A DNA stretch of 64,000 nt from Octopus vulgaris (Eukaryota): assembly GCA_951406725.2 (NCBI GenBank), contig OX597837.1:26660001-26724000 (forward strand), in the 5' to 3' direction. A program made the translations under genes and the position numbers. The number at the start of each line of letters is the position of its first letter. The first letter of the stretch is position 1. The notes beneath the pieces were generated by a model, which worked only from the letters and a program-made list of their open reading frames with translations, searched no databases and was not told the origin of the DNA. Positions 27,032 through 41,428 of this stretch are shown here, piece after piece.

Positions 27032-28094
27032 GTGAGTTTAGTATTATTATTATCATTATTATTATTATTATTGTTATCATCTTTTATATTTATCATTGTT
27101 ATTGTTGTTATTGGTTTTTACGTTGTTGTTTGTGGTTTTGTTTTTCAATGATTTGGATGTTAATCAGACGAGGGAAAACGGCCCCTATCAAGTTTTTTTC
27201 CAGGATCTACGTCATTATTGCTTTTGTTTTTGTTGAGGTTTTTGCCCTAGGTCAGTCATCATCGCACAATTTCTACGATTGAAGACGTCTCAGCCGTAAC
27301 CATCCCGTTTGTTATTATTATTATTATTATTATAATTATTATTTATTTTACTAAAACCGTAAGGGGGTGCTGTAATGGAAGACCTGACTGTTATTTCTAG
27401 CAACATGGAACAGAGGCTCTGTTGACTGGTCCACGGTTTCCCTTTCGTAATAACTGGTGTGTGTGTGTGAGTGAGTGAGTGAGTGGGTGGGAGTATAGAT
27501 TGAGATGGCAGGTTACAGTGGTGGTGGTCGTGGGCAGATTTTTTGTTTCCGATCGAACACTTTACAGTTATTTCAAACATGATCACCAACTGTTGTGTGT
27601 ACGTATGTATATACGCATGTTTATATATGTATATATATACGTATATAAACGAATATGTCCCGTACCACAACACAAGGCACATCACATCTTTACCACACTG
27701 CACAAAGCTGCACCGAACTACAGCATACACCACACCATACACCACTCAGCACCACAGCCTGTACTGCTATCCAATTCCTTCAGCAGAGCACGAGATCTTG
27801 TATCACCATAATATGTTACTACAAACTGTAAGCACAATCGTACAAGACACTAGTACATAACATAAACACTATGTATGTATGTATGTATGTATGTATGTAT
27901 GTATGTATGTATGTATGTATGTATGTATGTGTGTGTGTATGTATGTATGTGTGTATGTATGTATGTGTGTATGTATGTATGTGTGTGTGTATGTATGTAT
28001 GTGTGTATGTATGTATGTATGTATGTATGTATGTGTGTGTATGTATGTATGTGTGTATGTATGTATGTGTGTATGTGTGTATGTGTGTATGTGT

Positions 28095-28127
<33 letters not shown>

Positions 28128-28280
28128 AACACATACACACATACGTATACGCACGCGTGTTTGTTTCTCTTTCTCAAAACTGGTACGTATGTCAGCTACC
28201 AATGTGTGTGTGTGTGTGTGTGCGAGTGTGTGCGTAAGCATGTGTATTGTCGTCTTCAGGCTGATTGTGCATGTATAGAC

Positions 28281-28312
<32 letters not shown>

Positions 28313-28313
28313 G

Positions 28314-28344
<31 letters not shown>

Positions 28345-28577
28345 CATACATACATACATACAGACAGACAGACAGATAGATAGATAGATAGATATATAGA
28401 TACATACATACATACATACATACATACATACATACATACATAGACAGACATACAGAGAGATAGATAGATAGATAGATACATACATACATACATACATACA
28501 TACATACATACATACATACATACATACCTAGATACCTACATACTTAGACAGACAGACAGACAGACAGACAGGCAGGC

Positions 28578-28662
<85 letters not shown>

Positions 28663-29193
28663 TAGATAGATAGATAGATATAGGGCCCTTTCTCTCTCTA
28701 TATATATACATATGATACCCACACATATTTATATGTTCACACATATATGTAAATATTCTCTATGTTCAAATATGCACAAATATGCATACAATACGTATAG
28801 ATATATGCATATACACATACATGCACTCACATACTCATACACACACACACACATATACACGCAGACACATACATACATACATACATATACACGCACACAC
28901 CTACATACATACACACACACACAATCACTCACTCACACGTAGACGGACACACGAACAAAGGTACACACATGCATCCACGTGCACATACGTACACAAGCGC
29001 GTGCACACTCGCGTACAACACTCGTCCACGCGCAGACATGGACTCACACACACACACACACACGCGCGCGCGCGTGCGCACACACACGCATACTTACAAG
29101 CGTACATTCTCATACAAACATTTCTCATACATATACAGACACACCTCCACACGCGCTGAAATGTACTTCTACGTTCTCTCTTTCTTTCCCTTT

Positions 29194-29249
<56 letters not shown>

Positions 29250-29879
29250 CTATCTTTATCTCACACACACACACGTACTTACACTTTCGAAAACACGTGT
29301 ACATACAAACACACACGCGCACGTTCTCACAGGTACACACACACACACATTTGCAACCACATACACAGACATATAGACAACCCCTCATACACACACACAC
29401 ACACACTAACACTCACACACGCAAACACACACACGTACTCGTACACACGACCACACATACACACACACACACATGCAACCACATACACAGACATATAGAC
29501 ACCCCCTCATACACACACACACACTAACACTCACACACGCACACACACACACGTACTCGTACACACAACCACACATACACACACACACAAACACACACAT
29601 ACATACTAAACCGCACACAACGTACTCAAACGCACAGCCACACACATTAACGCACACGCATATACGTACTTACACACACAGTCACACATATACTCACATA
29701 ATCACACACACATACAGACACACACACACACACACACATACACCCGTACTCACAACCGCACACACATGTGTACTCATACACGTACTCTAAACACAAAGAT
29801 TTTCTTTACACAATCTGTGTGAACCTATCGTTTAATGGTTCTAATCCAAGAAACTCTTCAATGTTTTTCACTGGGCCGC

Positions 29880-29914
<35 letters not shown>

Positions 29915-30156
29915 ATTTGTTTATTTCAAAAATATAATCCTGTGTGTATAATATTTCTCTCCAAGAACGGTAGATTGCTAGAATCAGTAGAGAAACATAT
30001 ATACATACATACATACATACATACATACATACATACATACATACACAAACACTCATACACACAGATATGTATGCATGTATGTTTAAGTAATTGCTGATAA
30101 GGTTACAGGATGTGTGACGAAAGAAACTAAAATATTCATAATGATAAGAATAATAA

Positions 30157-30249
<93 letters not shown>

Positions 30250-30293
30250 TATCATTATTATTATCATTATTATTATTATTATTATTACCATTA

Positions 30294-30372
<79 letters not shown>

Positions 30373-30424
30373 GCTGAAGTGCATGTGTTTAATTGGCGAC
30401 ATATGACCGTCCCCAATTATAGCA

Positions 30425-30469
<45 letters not shown>

Positions 30470-30671
30470 TGTGTGTGTGTGTGTTATGTTCGAAATACGA
30501 GAGCAGAAAAAAAAAACAGCCAGCAACTGATGAAGGGTCGTTCTATAGGTTGTTTGTCTCGTTTTCCATTTGTGTCTTTCGTTGTTCGAAAAAAATAGTT
30601 TCATATTCCATGTACACTTTCTTCGTATTTTTTGTTGTACACGTTTTGTCACGTCCTGTGCCCACATATGC

Positions 30672-30728
<57 letters not shown>

Positions 30729-30738
30729 CACACATATG

Positions 30739-30803
<65 letters not shown>

Positions 30804-30808
30804 GTATT

Positions 30809-30937
<129 letters not shown>

Positions 30938-31519
30938 CATATATATATATATTATTTATATTATATATATATATAAATATATTTATATATACATATATAT
31001 ATATTATTTATATTATATATATATAAATATATGTATATATATATGTGTGTGTGTGTGTGTATGTATATACATACATATATATATTTGTGTATTTTTGATG
31101 TTGATCGGATCCATGTATGTATGTGTGTGTGTGTATGTGTATGAGTGGGTAATGAAATGTGTGTGTGTGTGCATATGCTCTTTCTTGTATGCAGTTTATG
31201 CTATGTGATTGTATGTCAGTGTGTGTATGCGTGTGCGTATGCATGTTATATGATGTGTGTGTGTGAATATGTAATGTGTTATATAACGTGTATCTGTGCA
31301 AGTATGTGTGTATATGTGTGTATATCCTTGTTCATTGTTTTGGTAGAAAATTGCACCCCCCCCCTCCCTTTCCCCACTCACCCTCTTTTTCGTTCCCTCC
31401 CACTTTCTCTCTTGTTTCCCTCCACTTCCTCTTCCTCTCATCACTCACTTTATTCACTCTCCCTCCCTCTCTCACTTTTAAACCACGGAACCGTACTTAA
31501 CCCCACTATATAACTGGTA

Positions 31520-31932
31520 TCTCAGAAACGTTAGAACGCCGGCCGAAATGCCCAGCGGAATTTCGTCTGTCGTTACGTTCTGAGTTCAAATTCCGCCGAG
31601 GTCGACTTTGCCTTTCACCCTTTCGGGGTCGATTAAATAAGTACCAGTTACGCACTGGGGTCGATATAATCGACTTAATCCGTTTGTCTGTCCTTGTTTG
31701 TCCTCTCTGTGTTTAGCCCCTTGTGGGTAGTAAAGAAATAGGTATTTCGTCTGTCGTTACGTTCTGAGTTCAAATTCCGCCGAGGTCGACTTTGCCTTTC
31801 ATCCTTTCGTGGTTGATTAAATAAGTACCAGTTACGCACTGGGAGCGATATATAATCGACTTAATCCGTTTGTCTGTCCTTGTTTGTCCTCTCTATGTTT
31901 AGCCCCTTGTGGGTAGTAAAGAAATAGGTATC
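31520..31932 (+). mobile_element. SINE family A, head plus two units
   Basis: Same unit sequence as the other arrays. Confidence 0.85.
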
Positions 31933-32405
31933 TCATGACCAATGAATATACCTCTACCAGATGTCTCGATCTGTTAGAAAGAACAAACCAGTCTCCCTAA
32001 AATCATATTCCATCCCCGCTGTTTTAGTTTTAAATCATATTGGATGATGTCGTCCAAGGTTGTCTACTCACAGGACGTGATGGTCACAGCTGGCATAGCA
32101 TTCAGCACAGCTTTTGCTTGATCAATGTTGAACCAATGGGGGCAACCTTTTCGTTGCCCCTCGACGAGTAACTCTCAATTCATAGCCTACACTCTTAGAA
32201 CAAATGAAAGGCACATTGGGTAATGTGATCCTAGATATACTATGATGGAATTAGAATAGACCGGGTTGTCATGGCCGGAACTCATTTGATCACAAGCCTA
32301 CAATACCTGGCTTATGGCTAAACAACACTTAGGATTCATTTTAGTTGAGATTATTGCTTCCTCATTGAACTTTCTTGGTTTTTAACCCCGCCCCTACATT
32401 CCTCT

Positions 32406-32618
<213 letters not shown>

Positions 32619-32625
32619 ATATATG

Positions 32626-32675
<50 letters not shown>

Positions 32676-32688
32676 TTTATTCTTGTTT

Positions 32689-32739
32689 ACAAAACTGTCC
32701 GACGAACGAGGACGTGAAACTCTGAGTAACAGCTTTTGT
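32689..32739 (+). ncRNA. Minimal type I hammerhead ribozyme, U4C variant (family P1; element 32675-32838 in (TA)n)
   Basis: acaaaactgt-CCGACGA-acg agga cgt-GAAA-ctctgag-TA-acag(c)ttttgt; 10-bp stem I with one bulge; predicted cleavage after A32728. Confidence 0.75.
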
Positions 32740-32834
32740 TGTATTTCTGCTGCTTTTAAATGAAGCATATTACTCTACCTCTGGTATTTGAGTACTCTTT
32801 TTTCCACCTTGTTTCACATTTATGTGCTTACTCC

Positions 32835-32891
<57 letters not shown>

Positions 32892-32896
32892 GCACA

Positions 32897-33118
32897 CATG
32901 AGGGTGTGTTGAACATTTCCTGGCTTTAAAAGTGTCGCGAAAGTCCTAGTTGAAAGGCCCACCCTTCCGAGTTATTTTTCAGGGCTTAGAAAAACTGAAG
33001 GACCACCCCCAATATGTGTGTGAATCCTATAGGGGAATATATTGAATAAAATTATATAATTGATCCTCCTGTATTTTTCTCTTATCCAAAGCCAGGAAGT
33101 TTTCAGTGCCCCCTCGTA
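32897..33118 (+). mobile_element. Mariner-derived MITE (third copy)
   Basis: gagggtgtgttgaacatttcctggcttt ... aaagccaggaagttttcagtgccccctcg, followed by TA. Confidence 0.75.
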
Positions 33119-33149
33119 CACACACACACACACACACATACACACACTA

Positions 33150-33535
33150 GTGGAAGCACTCCGTCGGTTACGACGACGAGGGTTCCGGTTGATCCGAATC
33201 AACGGAACAGCCTGCTCGTGAAATTAACGTGTAAGTGGCTGAGCACTCCACAGACATGTGTACCCTTAACGTAGTTCTCGTGGATATTCAGCGCGACACA
33301 GAGAGTGACAAGGCCGGCCCCTTGAAATACAGGTACGACAGAAACAGGAAGTAAGAGTGAGAGAAAGTTGTGGTGAAAGAGTACAGCAGGGATCACCACC
33401 ATCCCCTGCCGGAGCCTCGTGGAGCTTTTTTAGGTGTTTTCGCTCAATAAACACTCACAACGCCCGGTCTGGGAATCGAAACCGCGATCCTACGACCGCG
33501 AGTCCGCTGCCCTAACCACTGGGCCATTGCGCCTC

Positions 33536-33536
<1 letters not shown>
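33150..33536 (-). mobile_element. SINE family C, tail type 1
   Basis: Reverse complement of 21808-22192, inserted in (CA)n. Confidence 0.85.
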
Positions 33537-33566
<30 letters not shown>

Positions 33567-33594
33567 TTATTAAACCTGCAAAATTGTCACGAGA

Positions 33595-33750
33595 CTGTTA
33601 CCCAGAGTTTCACGTTCCCGTTCGTCGGATATCACAACTGTCCGACAAATGGAAATGTGAAACTCTTACGTCTTTACGTCTTTAACAAAAGCATATTACT
33701 CTGCCTTTGGTAGTCGAGTACTATTTTTACCCATTTATCTGCTCACCTGT
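33595..33750. mobile_element. Family P1 inverted pair: minus-strand hammerhead (33595-33631) next to a decayed plus-strand copy (33637-33750)
   Basis: Minus strand reads CCGACGA-acg ggaa cgt-GAAA-ctctggg-TA-acag; plus strand reads ctgtccgacaaatggaaatgtgaaactct...aagcatattactct. Confidence 0.7.
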
Positions 33751-34157
33751 GTGTACATGTGTGTGTGTGTATGTGTGTGTGTGTGTGTATACAAATCAAT
33801 CCGTGTCACTGTCCCCACTCCCTCCGTTGTTCCTACCCCGCAAACCCCAACCCACCGACCAACCGACTAACCAGCCAACCAACCTACCCGTATCCTCCCT
33901 CCTTCCACCCCATCCATCTCCCTACTCACATAACCACCATTACAATCCCTCAACTCATCCTTCCACCCCCTCGCATGGCATTCCACCCCCCTCGCATGGA
34001 TCTCCACCCTGCTCGTGCGGGTCCCCAACTCATCGTCGAATTATCCTTACCTACTTACCACACACACCACACACACACACACACACCTACCCGTTGCTAT
34101 TATTACAAATATTCAGTCTGCCGAAAACTGTGTCTTTGAGTTCACAGCAGTTAACAT

Positions 34158-34530
34158 TTGGTGATGGTGATGGTGATGGTTGTGATGATGGTGGTGGTGA
34201 TGGTGGTTGTGGTGATGGTGGTGATGATGGTGATGGTGGTGATGGTGGTTGTGGTGATGGTGGTGGTTGTGGTGGTGGTGGTTATAGTGGTGGTGATGGT
34301 GGTGGTGATGGTGGTGATGGTGGTGGTGGTGATGGTGATGGTGGTGGTTGTGGTGGTGGTGGTGATGGTGGTGGTGATGGTCATGGTGGTGGTTGTGGTG
34401 ATGGTGGTGGTTGTGGTGGTGATGGTGGTGATGATGGTGGTTGTGGTGATGGTGGTGGTGATGGTGATGGTGGTGGTTGTGGTGGTGGTGGTGATGGTGT
34501 TGTCCTTGTCGGTGGTAGTAGTAGTGGTTA
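34158..34530 (+). repeat. Degenerate (GGT/GAT/TGT)n triplet repeat
   Basis: Directly visible in the sequence. Confidence 0.9.
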
Positions 34531-34705
34531 TGGCTCAATAACGTCTGCTAATTGTCCGACAGGTGGTCAGTAGATTCCGCTAAGTCCTCGTCGAGGTTTG
34601 TCCCCGTTGCGAATGAGAGGTGTCCACTGTCCATCACGATGCCAGAAATAACAGTCAAATACAAACTCATTGCTATAACAGGTAGCTCTCTGCCTGCCTG
34701 CCTAC

Positions 34706-34780
<75 letters not shown>

Positions 34781-34837
34781 CCTACCTATCTATCTATCTA
34801 TCTACCTACCTATCTATCTATCTATCACCTATCAATC

Positions 34838-34905
<68 letters not shown>

Positions 34906-34908
34906 GCC

Positions 34909-34994
<86 letters not shown>

Positions 34995-34999
34995 CCTAT

Positions 35000-35053
<54 letters not shown>

Positions 35054-35080
35054 GTAAGTCCATCCCAATATGTTTGCCTT

Positions 35081-35113
<33 letters not shown>

Positions 35114-35649
35114 ATGTATGTATGCTGCATGTATGAATGTGCGTGTGTGTATATACATGTGTATATATATATATATGTGTGTGTGTATGTGTAGCTATGC
35201 CAATGAATACTAATTCCTGTTATCTCTATCACCAATATATTATTACACAGTTCGTTAGCTAAAACCAACATCAATATTTGCCAATCACGTCTATTTATTT
35301 ATCATTCCTCGCTTTCCTCTATCAATTTATTTGGTGAGTGGGAGAAAAGACAACCCTCCACCACCCCCACACTCCGGTTCGTCTTATTTATTAGTTGTCA
35401 TCCAAGAAAGCGAAAGTATAAAATATTCTTGCCATTCCCACGAAAGAAGGAGAAGAATGAAAAACGGTAAAATATCTGGCAAAGCTGACAGTCTTATTCC
35501 CAAGATACACGAGTTAACTTGGCTTGCTTTTTTCTAACCTAATATATAATCCGTGTTATTTGTTGCCGTAATAAGGAAGACGAACTAATTCCCTCGAGGG
35601 AGAGAAATCTATGGAAGGGTTTAACGATAGACGCTAAAATTAATATAAC

Positions 35650-35873
35650 TCTCTCTCTTTTACTCTTACTCTTTTACTTGTTTCAGTCATTTGACTTGCG
35701 GGCCATGCTGGAGCACCGCCTTTAGTCGAGCAAATCGACCCCGGGACTTATTCTTTTTGTAAGCCCAAAATACTTATTCTATCGGTCTCTTTTGCCGAAC
35801 CGCTAAGTAACGGGGACGTAAACACACCAGCATCGGTTGTCAAGCAATGCTAGGGAGACAAACACAGACACAC

Positions 35874-35964
<91 letters not shown>

Positions 35965-36110
35965 GACAGGCTTCTTTCAGTTTCCGTCTACCAAATCCAC
36001 TCACAAGGCTCTGGTCGACCCGAGGCTATAGTAGAAGACACTTGCCCAAGGTGCCACGCAGTGGGACTGAACCCAGAACCATGTGGTTCGTAAACAAGCT
36101 ACTTACCACA
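35650..36110 (-). mobile_element. SINE family B
   Basis: Reverse-complement copy with expanded (CA)n(TA)n. Confidence 0.9.
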
Positions 36111-36289
36111 TATTCAAAGAGAAAACTTGTTCTATGTTAATTAATTAATTAATTAATTAATTGGCAAATGAGCAAACGAAATAAAACCTTAAATCAGTAA
36201 TATTAACATATTTGTTATACAAAATATTTATATAATATTAATATTTGATATACAGCAAAATATTGTTATGAATTAGAAGTAAGTTACCG

Positions 36290-36692
36290 AGGCGCAGGAG
36301 TGGCTGTGTGGTAAGTAGCTTGCTAACCAACCACATGGTTCTGGGTTCAGTCCCACTGCGTGGCATCTTGGGCAAGTGTCTTCTGCTATAGCCCCGGGCC
36401 GACCAATGCCTTGTGGGTGGATTTGGTAGACGGAAACTGAAAGAAGCCTGTCGTATATATGTATATATGTATATATATGTGTGTTTTTGTGTGTGTGTTT
36501 GTCCCCCTAGCATTGCTTGACAACCGGTGCTGGTGTGTTTACGTCCCCGACACTTAGCGGTTCGGCAAAAGAGACCGATAGAATAAGTACTGGGCTTACA
36601 AAGAATAAGTCCCGGGGTCGATTTGCTCGACTAAAGGCGGTGCTCCAGCATGGCCCGCAGTCAAATGACTGAAACAAGTAAGAGAGTAAAGA
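36290..36692 (+). mobile_element. SINE family B, full length
   Basis: Complete from head to tail. Confidence 0.9.
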
Positions 36693-36960
36693 GAGGAGAG
36701 ATATAAACTTCTCTGGTGAATGTGTTTTAAGTGAAGTGAAAGAAGTTGTGATGTTTATGCCCTTTCCTCCCCAAAAGCTTACATCCAGATGCAAGCGGGC
36801 AGATTTGGTGGAGCATCTGTAGATTTCGTTTTTGGATTTGGTTTGCAAGATTCTTTATACGAGTTCGTGTGTTGAAGCATATCCTGTTGTGTCTGGGGAA
36901 AGTCATTTTCTTTTTGTGCCTTATAATGTAACACACTCACCGGTAAAATTTCCACTTATT

Positions 36961-37364
36961 TCTTACTCTTTTCTCTTTTACTCTTTTACTTGTTTCAGTC
37001 ATTTGACTGCGGCCATGCTGGAGCACCGCCTTTAGTCAATCAAATTGACCCCGGGTCTTATTCTTTGTAAGCCCAGTACTTATTCTATCGGTCCCTTTTG
37101 CCGAACCGCTAAGTGACGGGGACGTAAACACACCAGCATCGGTTGTCAAGCAATGCTAGGCGGACAAACACAGACACACACACATATATATATACATATA
37201 TACGACAGGCTTCTTTCAGTTTCCGTCTACCAAATCCACTCACAAGGCATTGGTCAGCCCGGGGCTATAGCAGAAGACACTTGCCCAAGATGCCACGCAG
37301 TGGGACTGAACCCGCAACCGTGTGGTTGGTTAGTAAGCTACTTACCACACAGCCACTCCTGCGC
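36961..37364 (-). mobile_element. SINE family B inserted inside an inverted repeat
   Basis: Complete reverse-complement copy lying between IR arms 36889-36960 and 37446-37517. Confidence 0.9.
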
Positions 37365-37706
37365 TCTTATTTTTATTTTCCTAAAATTTTCGTTGCGTCT
37401 TGCAACCTTTTCAATAGTCTTGACTATTAGTGGAAATTTTATAGCAATAAGTGGAAATTTTACCGGTGAGTGTGTTACATTATAAGGCACAAAAAGAAAA
37501 TGACTCTCCCCAGGCACATCAGTAGATTGCTTTGCTGTAATCGTTCCGGTTCATTACTTCTGGGGTGCGATACCGAGACCGACTTCTTTCTTCAGTATGT
37601 ATGTGTGTGTGTGTGTGTGTGTGTGTATCAGCGACAGTTTGTCTCTGGAAAGAAGCATATAGTATTTTGCGTGTAGAATGAATTTTCATCACTAGCTCGT
37701 GATTAT

Positions 37707-37751
37707 CACACACTGATGACGTGTTACTACTCAGAAACCAGGGTCTGTGTG
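37707..37751 (+). ncRNA. Type I hammerhead-like motif in Penelope-like family P2 (element about 37628-37925)
   Basis: cacaca-CTGATGA-(cgtgttactactca)-GAAA-ccaggg-TC-tgtgtg; canonical core and stems I and III, but stem II pairs poorly. Confidence 0.65.
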
Positions 37752-37921
37752 TATCGCGTAAGGCTATATAGATGGGAACGATGATTTTCCCCTCGCAAAT
37801 ACTAATTGGACACAGACAGTGTGTCGTTAGCCAGCTGGAGGAGATGTCCTCCTGGGGCTAAAAACAACTAGTAGCATCGTTCCCTATGGGACCGCCACAT
37901 TTAGTTGGCAATTATATTTTA

Positions 37922-37967
<46 letters not shown>

Positions 37968-38132
37968 TTTCAAGGTCGATAAAATACCTATCTTGCTCCT
38001 TTTTCTTCTTTCACTCTTTCTTTTTCTTATCTCCCCACCCCCCTCTCTCTCTCTTTCTCTCTCTCCTCTCAATGGCCCAACGGTGGTGTGTTCTCCAGGT
38101 TTTAATAATGACTCCTTTACAAACACGCACAC

Positions 38133-38182
<50 letters not shown>

Positions 38183-38519
38183 TCCTTCCATATACACACA
38201 TACTCTACACCCACACTACTTCGCACATCAACGAACAAACTTGTGTCGTCACCTCCATCAATGCCTACCCACCCTAGATGGCAGCATTCTTCATTCCTTC
38301 GTCACCCTTCATCCCCGCATCCAAACATTATCCAATATGCAACACTGACATCTCCTGCCAAATCCGTACATATTCTATGAACGGACACTCCAGAACCGTT
38401 CCCAAACTGAGTCACACTAAACTCGTCTCCTTCAAAAGCACAGGCACACACAACCACGATAAACATCGGGAAAACCTTAGAGCCCTCATTTCCCTCTAGA
38501 CATGAACAGCGCATGACAT

Positions 38520-38820
38520 AGGCGTAAGAGTGGCTGTGTGGTAAGTAGCTTGCTCACGAACCACATGGTTCCGGGTTCAGTCCTACTGCGTGGCACCTTG
38601 GGCAAGTGTCTTCTACTATAGCCTCGGGTCGACCAGATCCTTGTGAGTGGATTTGGTAGACGGAAACTGAAAGAATCCCGTCGGCAGCAGTGGCTGTGTG
38701 GTAAGTAGAATAAGGCTTACAAAGAATAAGTCCTGGGGTCGATTTGCTCGACTATAAAGGCGGTGCTCCAGCATCGCCACAGTCAAATGACTGAAACAAG
38801 TAAAAGGGTAAAAGAGTAAA
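38520..38820 (+). mobile_element. SINE family B, internally rearranged
   Basis: The central part is replaced by a second copy of the head motif agtggctgtgtggtaagtag at about 38689. Confidence 0.8.
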
Positions 38821-39733
38821 TCCTTGAAGGTAGCTAGAAATGTTTTGGCCTTTCTCTCACTATGTACCCCTTCTGGTGAACTCACATCTTTAATGCGGTA
38901 AAGACACCATTATAAAGAGTAGGGTCGCCTTTTCGGGCTTCCGGAATACATTGGACGCCCCGCCCCCATTCCTGCCCCGACTAATTATTCAGTCCCTACC
39001 AAACTATAGTGACACCCATCACGAACTGTTTCCACATCTGGGACAGTTTTGTCGCTACACACACACATACGCGCGCGCGCGATGCAGCTTTCGCCTCTTA
39101 ACTGACTGAAATTGGCCACCGAATTACACTTCCGGTCCACGGACGCACTGTTTCCTCTCCACTTTTTTCTACCGCTACGGCAATGGCTTCTACTCTTCGG
39201 AACTGACTGATCTCTAGCAACACTCACTCTTACTCAGGTGTTACCGACTTCCCTCCTCTTCTTCTTCTTCTTCTTCTTCTTCTTCTTCTTCTTCTTCTTC
39301 TTCTTCTTCTTCCTCATCCACTTCCCCCTCCTCTTCCTCATCCACCTCTTCCTCCTCCTCCTCTCCTCCTCATCACCTCCTCCACCACCTCCTCCTGCTC
39401 CTCCTCCACTACCTCCTCCTCCACCTCCTCATGCTCCTTCTATCAAGTCCTTTATTATTCCAAAAATGACCACCACAATCAGTCATTCCTTTACAGAAGG
39501 TCGATCCTTCACAACCATCGACACCTAGGGGACATCTACGGCGAGAGAGAGAGAGAGAGCGGCCCACCCCAGTCAGCACTTTTATGGGGGAGCGGGCGGT
39601 AGGGTCTGCTTTTATAAGTCTGCATAGGGAGCAGGAAGGTGGGTGGCAGCAAACACAAAAGCTACCCAAGGTGGCACAGTCCCTCTGGCTCCGCCACTGC
39701 CATTGGCTTACCAAAATTCAGGAGAAACTTTAA

Positions 39734-40019
39734 AGGACTCGATAGGACAAGCTCCGGACGGCCCACGTGGGCACAGCACCACCACCACCACCACCCACAC
39801 ATACACTGTGAACACTGACCCTTTTGCTAGACCCTTTTGCTAGACCAAATCAATAAGAAAAAAATACCTTTTCTTAAGCATTCCATCACACCTTGGTCTA
39901 GCAAAAGGGTCTAGCAAAAGGGTCAGTGTTCGCAGTGTATGTGTGGGTGGTGGTGGTAGTGGTGGTGGTGGTGGTGCTGTGCCCACGTGGGCCCTCCGGG
40001 GCTTGTCCTATCGAGTCCT
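39734..40019. mobile_element. Fold-back MITE with ~115-bp TIRs and TTAA TSD (Kolobok-like)
   Basis: TTAA|AGGACTCGATAGGAC...GTCCTATCGAGTCCT|TTAA; arms about 39734-39848 and 39893-40019. Confidence 0.75.
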
Positions 40020-40495
40020 TTAATGTCTCTCCTCTTTCTGGAATAACGATTTCTGATTTGGGTTAGGGTTAGGGTTAGAATCGATTTGGGTTAGGGTTAG
40101 AAAGGGGGAGAATCGATTCCATTGCCCCCGCCCCCACCCCACCCCCATTCCTTCTTATCCCCCACAGTACGTGACTGGTACTATATTTTTATCGATACGG
40201 AAAAAAAGGATGAAAGGTAGAACTGAGCGCCGGCGGGATTTGAACGGAAGAAGAACCCTAGAAGAATCGTTAAACTCCGAGAGTAAACACACTTCCAGCA
40301 TATTAAAAAACGTGGGAGAAACCCCCAGTGAGATTCGCGGGGGGGGGGGGGGAAGGAGAGAAAATCAACAATTTCATTGGTTTTCCAGTTTTTATCTTCG
40401 CTTTTAGTTTTCCTAATAAAGAAGGGAAAACCAAAACCAAAAACAAAAACAAAGACAAAATAGATCAGAACAATTGTATTTCTACGCCTTCATTT

Positions 40496-40531
<36 letters not shown>

Positions 40532-41077
40532 TTTGTCTTTCTTTCTCTTTTTCCCTCACTCCCTTTCTCTCTATATGCTCCAAACTAGAGTCCATCCTCC
40601 AGTTCAATTTCCACTCCTGCTCTCCTCCTCCTCTCTCTCTCTCCTCCTCCTCTCTCTCTCTCCTCCTCCTCTCTCTCTCTCTCTTTCTCTCTCTCTCTTT
40701 CTCTCTCTCTCTCCCTCTCCCTCTCTCTCCCTCTCACTTTCTCTCTCTGTCTCTCTCTCTTTCTCCCTCTCTCTCTTCCTTTCTCTCTCTCTTTCTCTCT
40801 CCCTCTCCCTCTCTCTCTCTTTCTCTCTCCCTCTCTCTTCCCCTCTCTCTCTTCCCCCCTCTCTCTCTCTTTCTCTTTCTCTCTCTCTCTCTGAGTATTC
40901 TAAATCTACATTCCACCCACACCATTTAATTCTCACTACCGTAATAATCTTTTCCTTCCTTCCTATCTTCATTCCGTTATTGCCATAAAACTTTGTCGAA
41001 TCGATCTTCCATTGGCAGACCACTATCTAAATACAGCATATTCTATATATACACCCATACATACATACATACATACA

Positions 41078-41144
<67 letters not shown>

Positions 41145-41384
41145 ATATTTGTGTGTGTGTGTGTATGCATGTGCTCGGACACACACACAAACACACACAC
41201 ACACACGGACACACACGCGGACACACGGACACACAAACACACACACGGACACACACAAAATACACACACACATAGATGTACTTCCCACGCAAATATACAA
41301 CCACGCCATCCTCTTTCACTCACAATCTCTCTCTCTTTCCCTCCTCTTTCTCTGTTCCATCTTATAATACTCACACAAATACAC

Positions 41385-41428
<44 letters not shown>

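Noticed and set aside
34563-34681. Possible second exon (ctaat..cag| ... ag|gtagc)
   Set aside because: No polypyrimidine tract, weak donor, and a stop after six codons in the phase required by exon 1.
40060-40100. True telomere or chromosome fusion site
   Set aside because: Only about five short units in one orientation, more likely part of a small repeat element.
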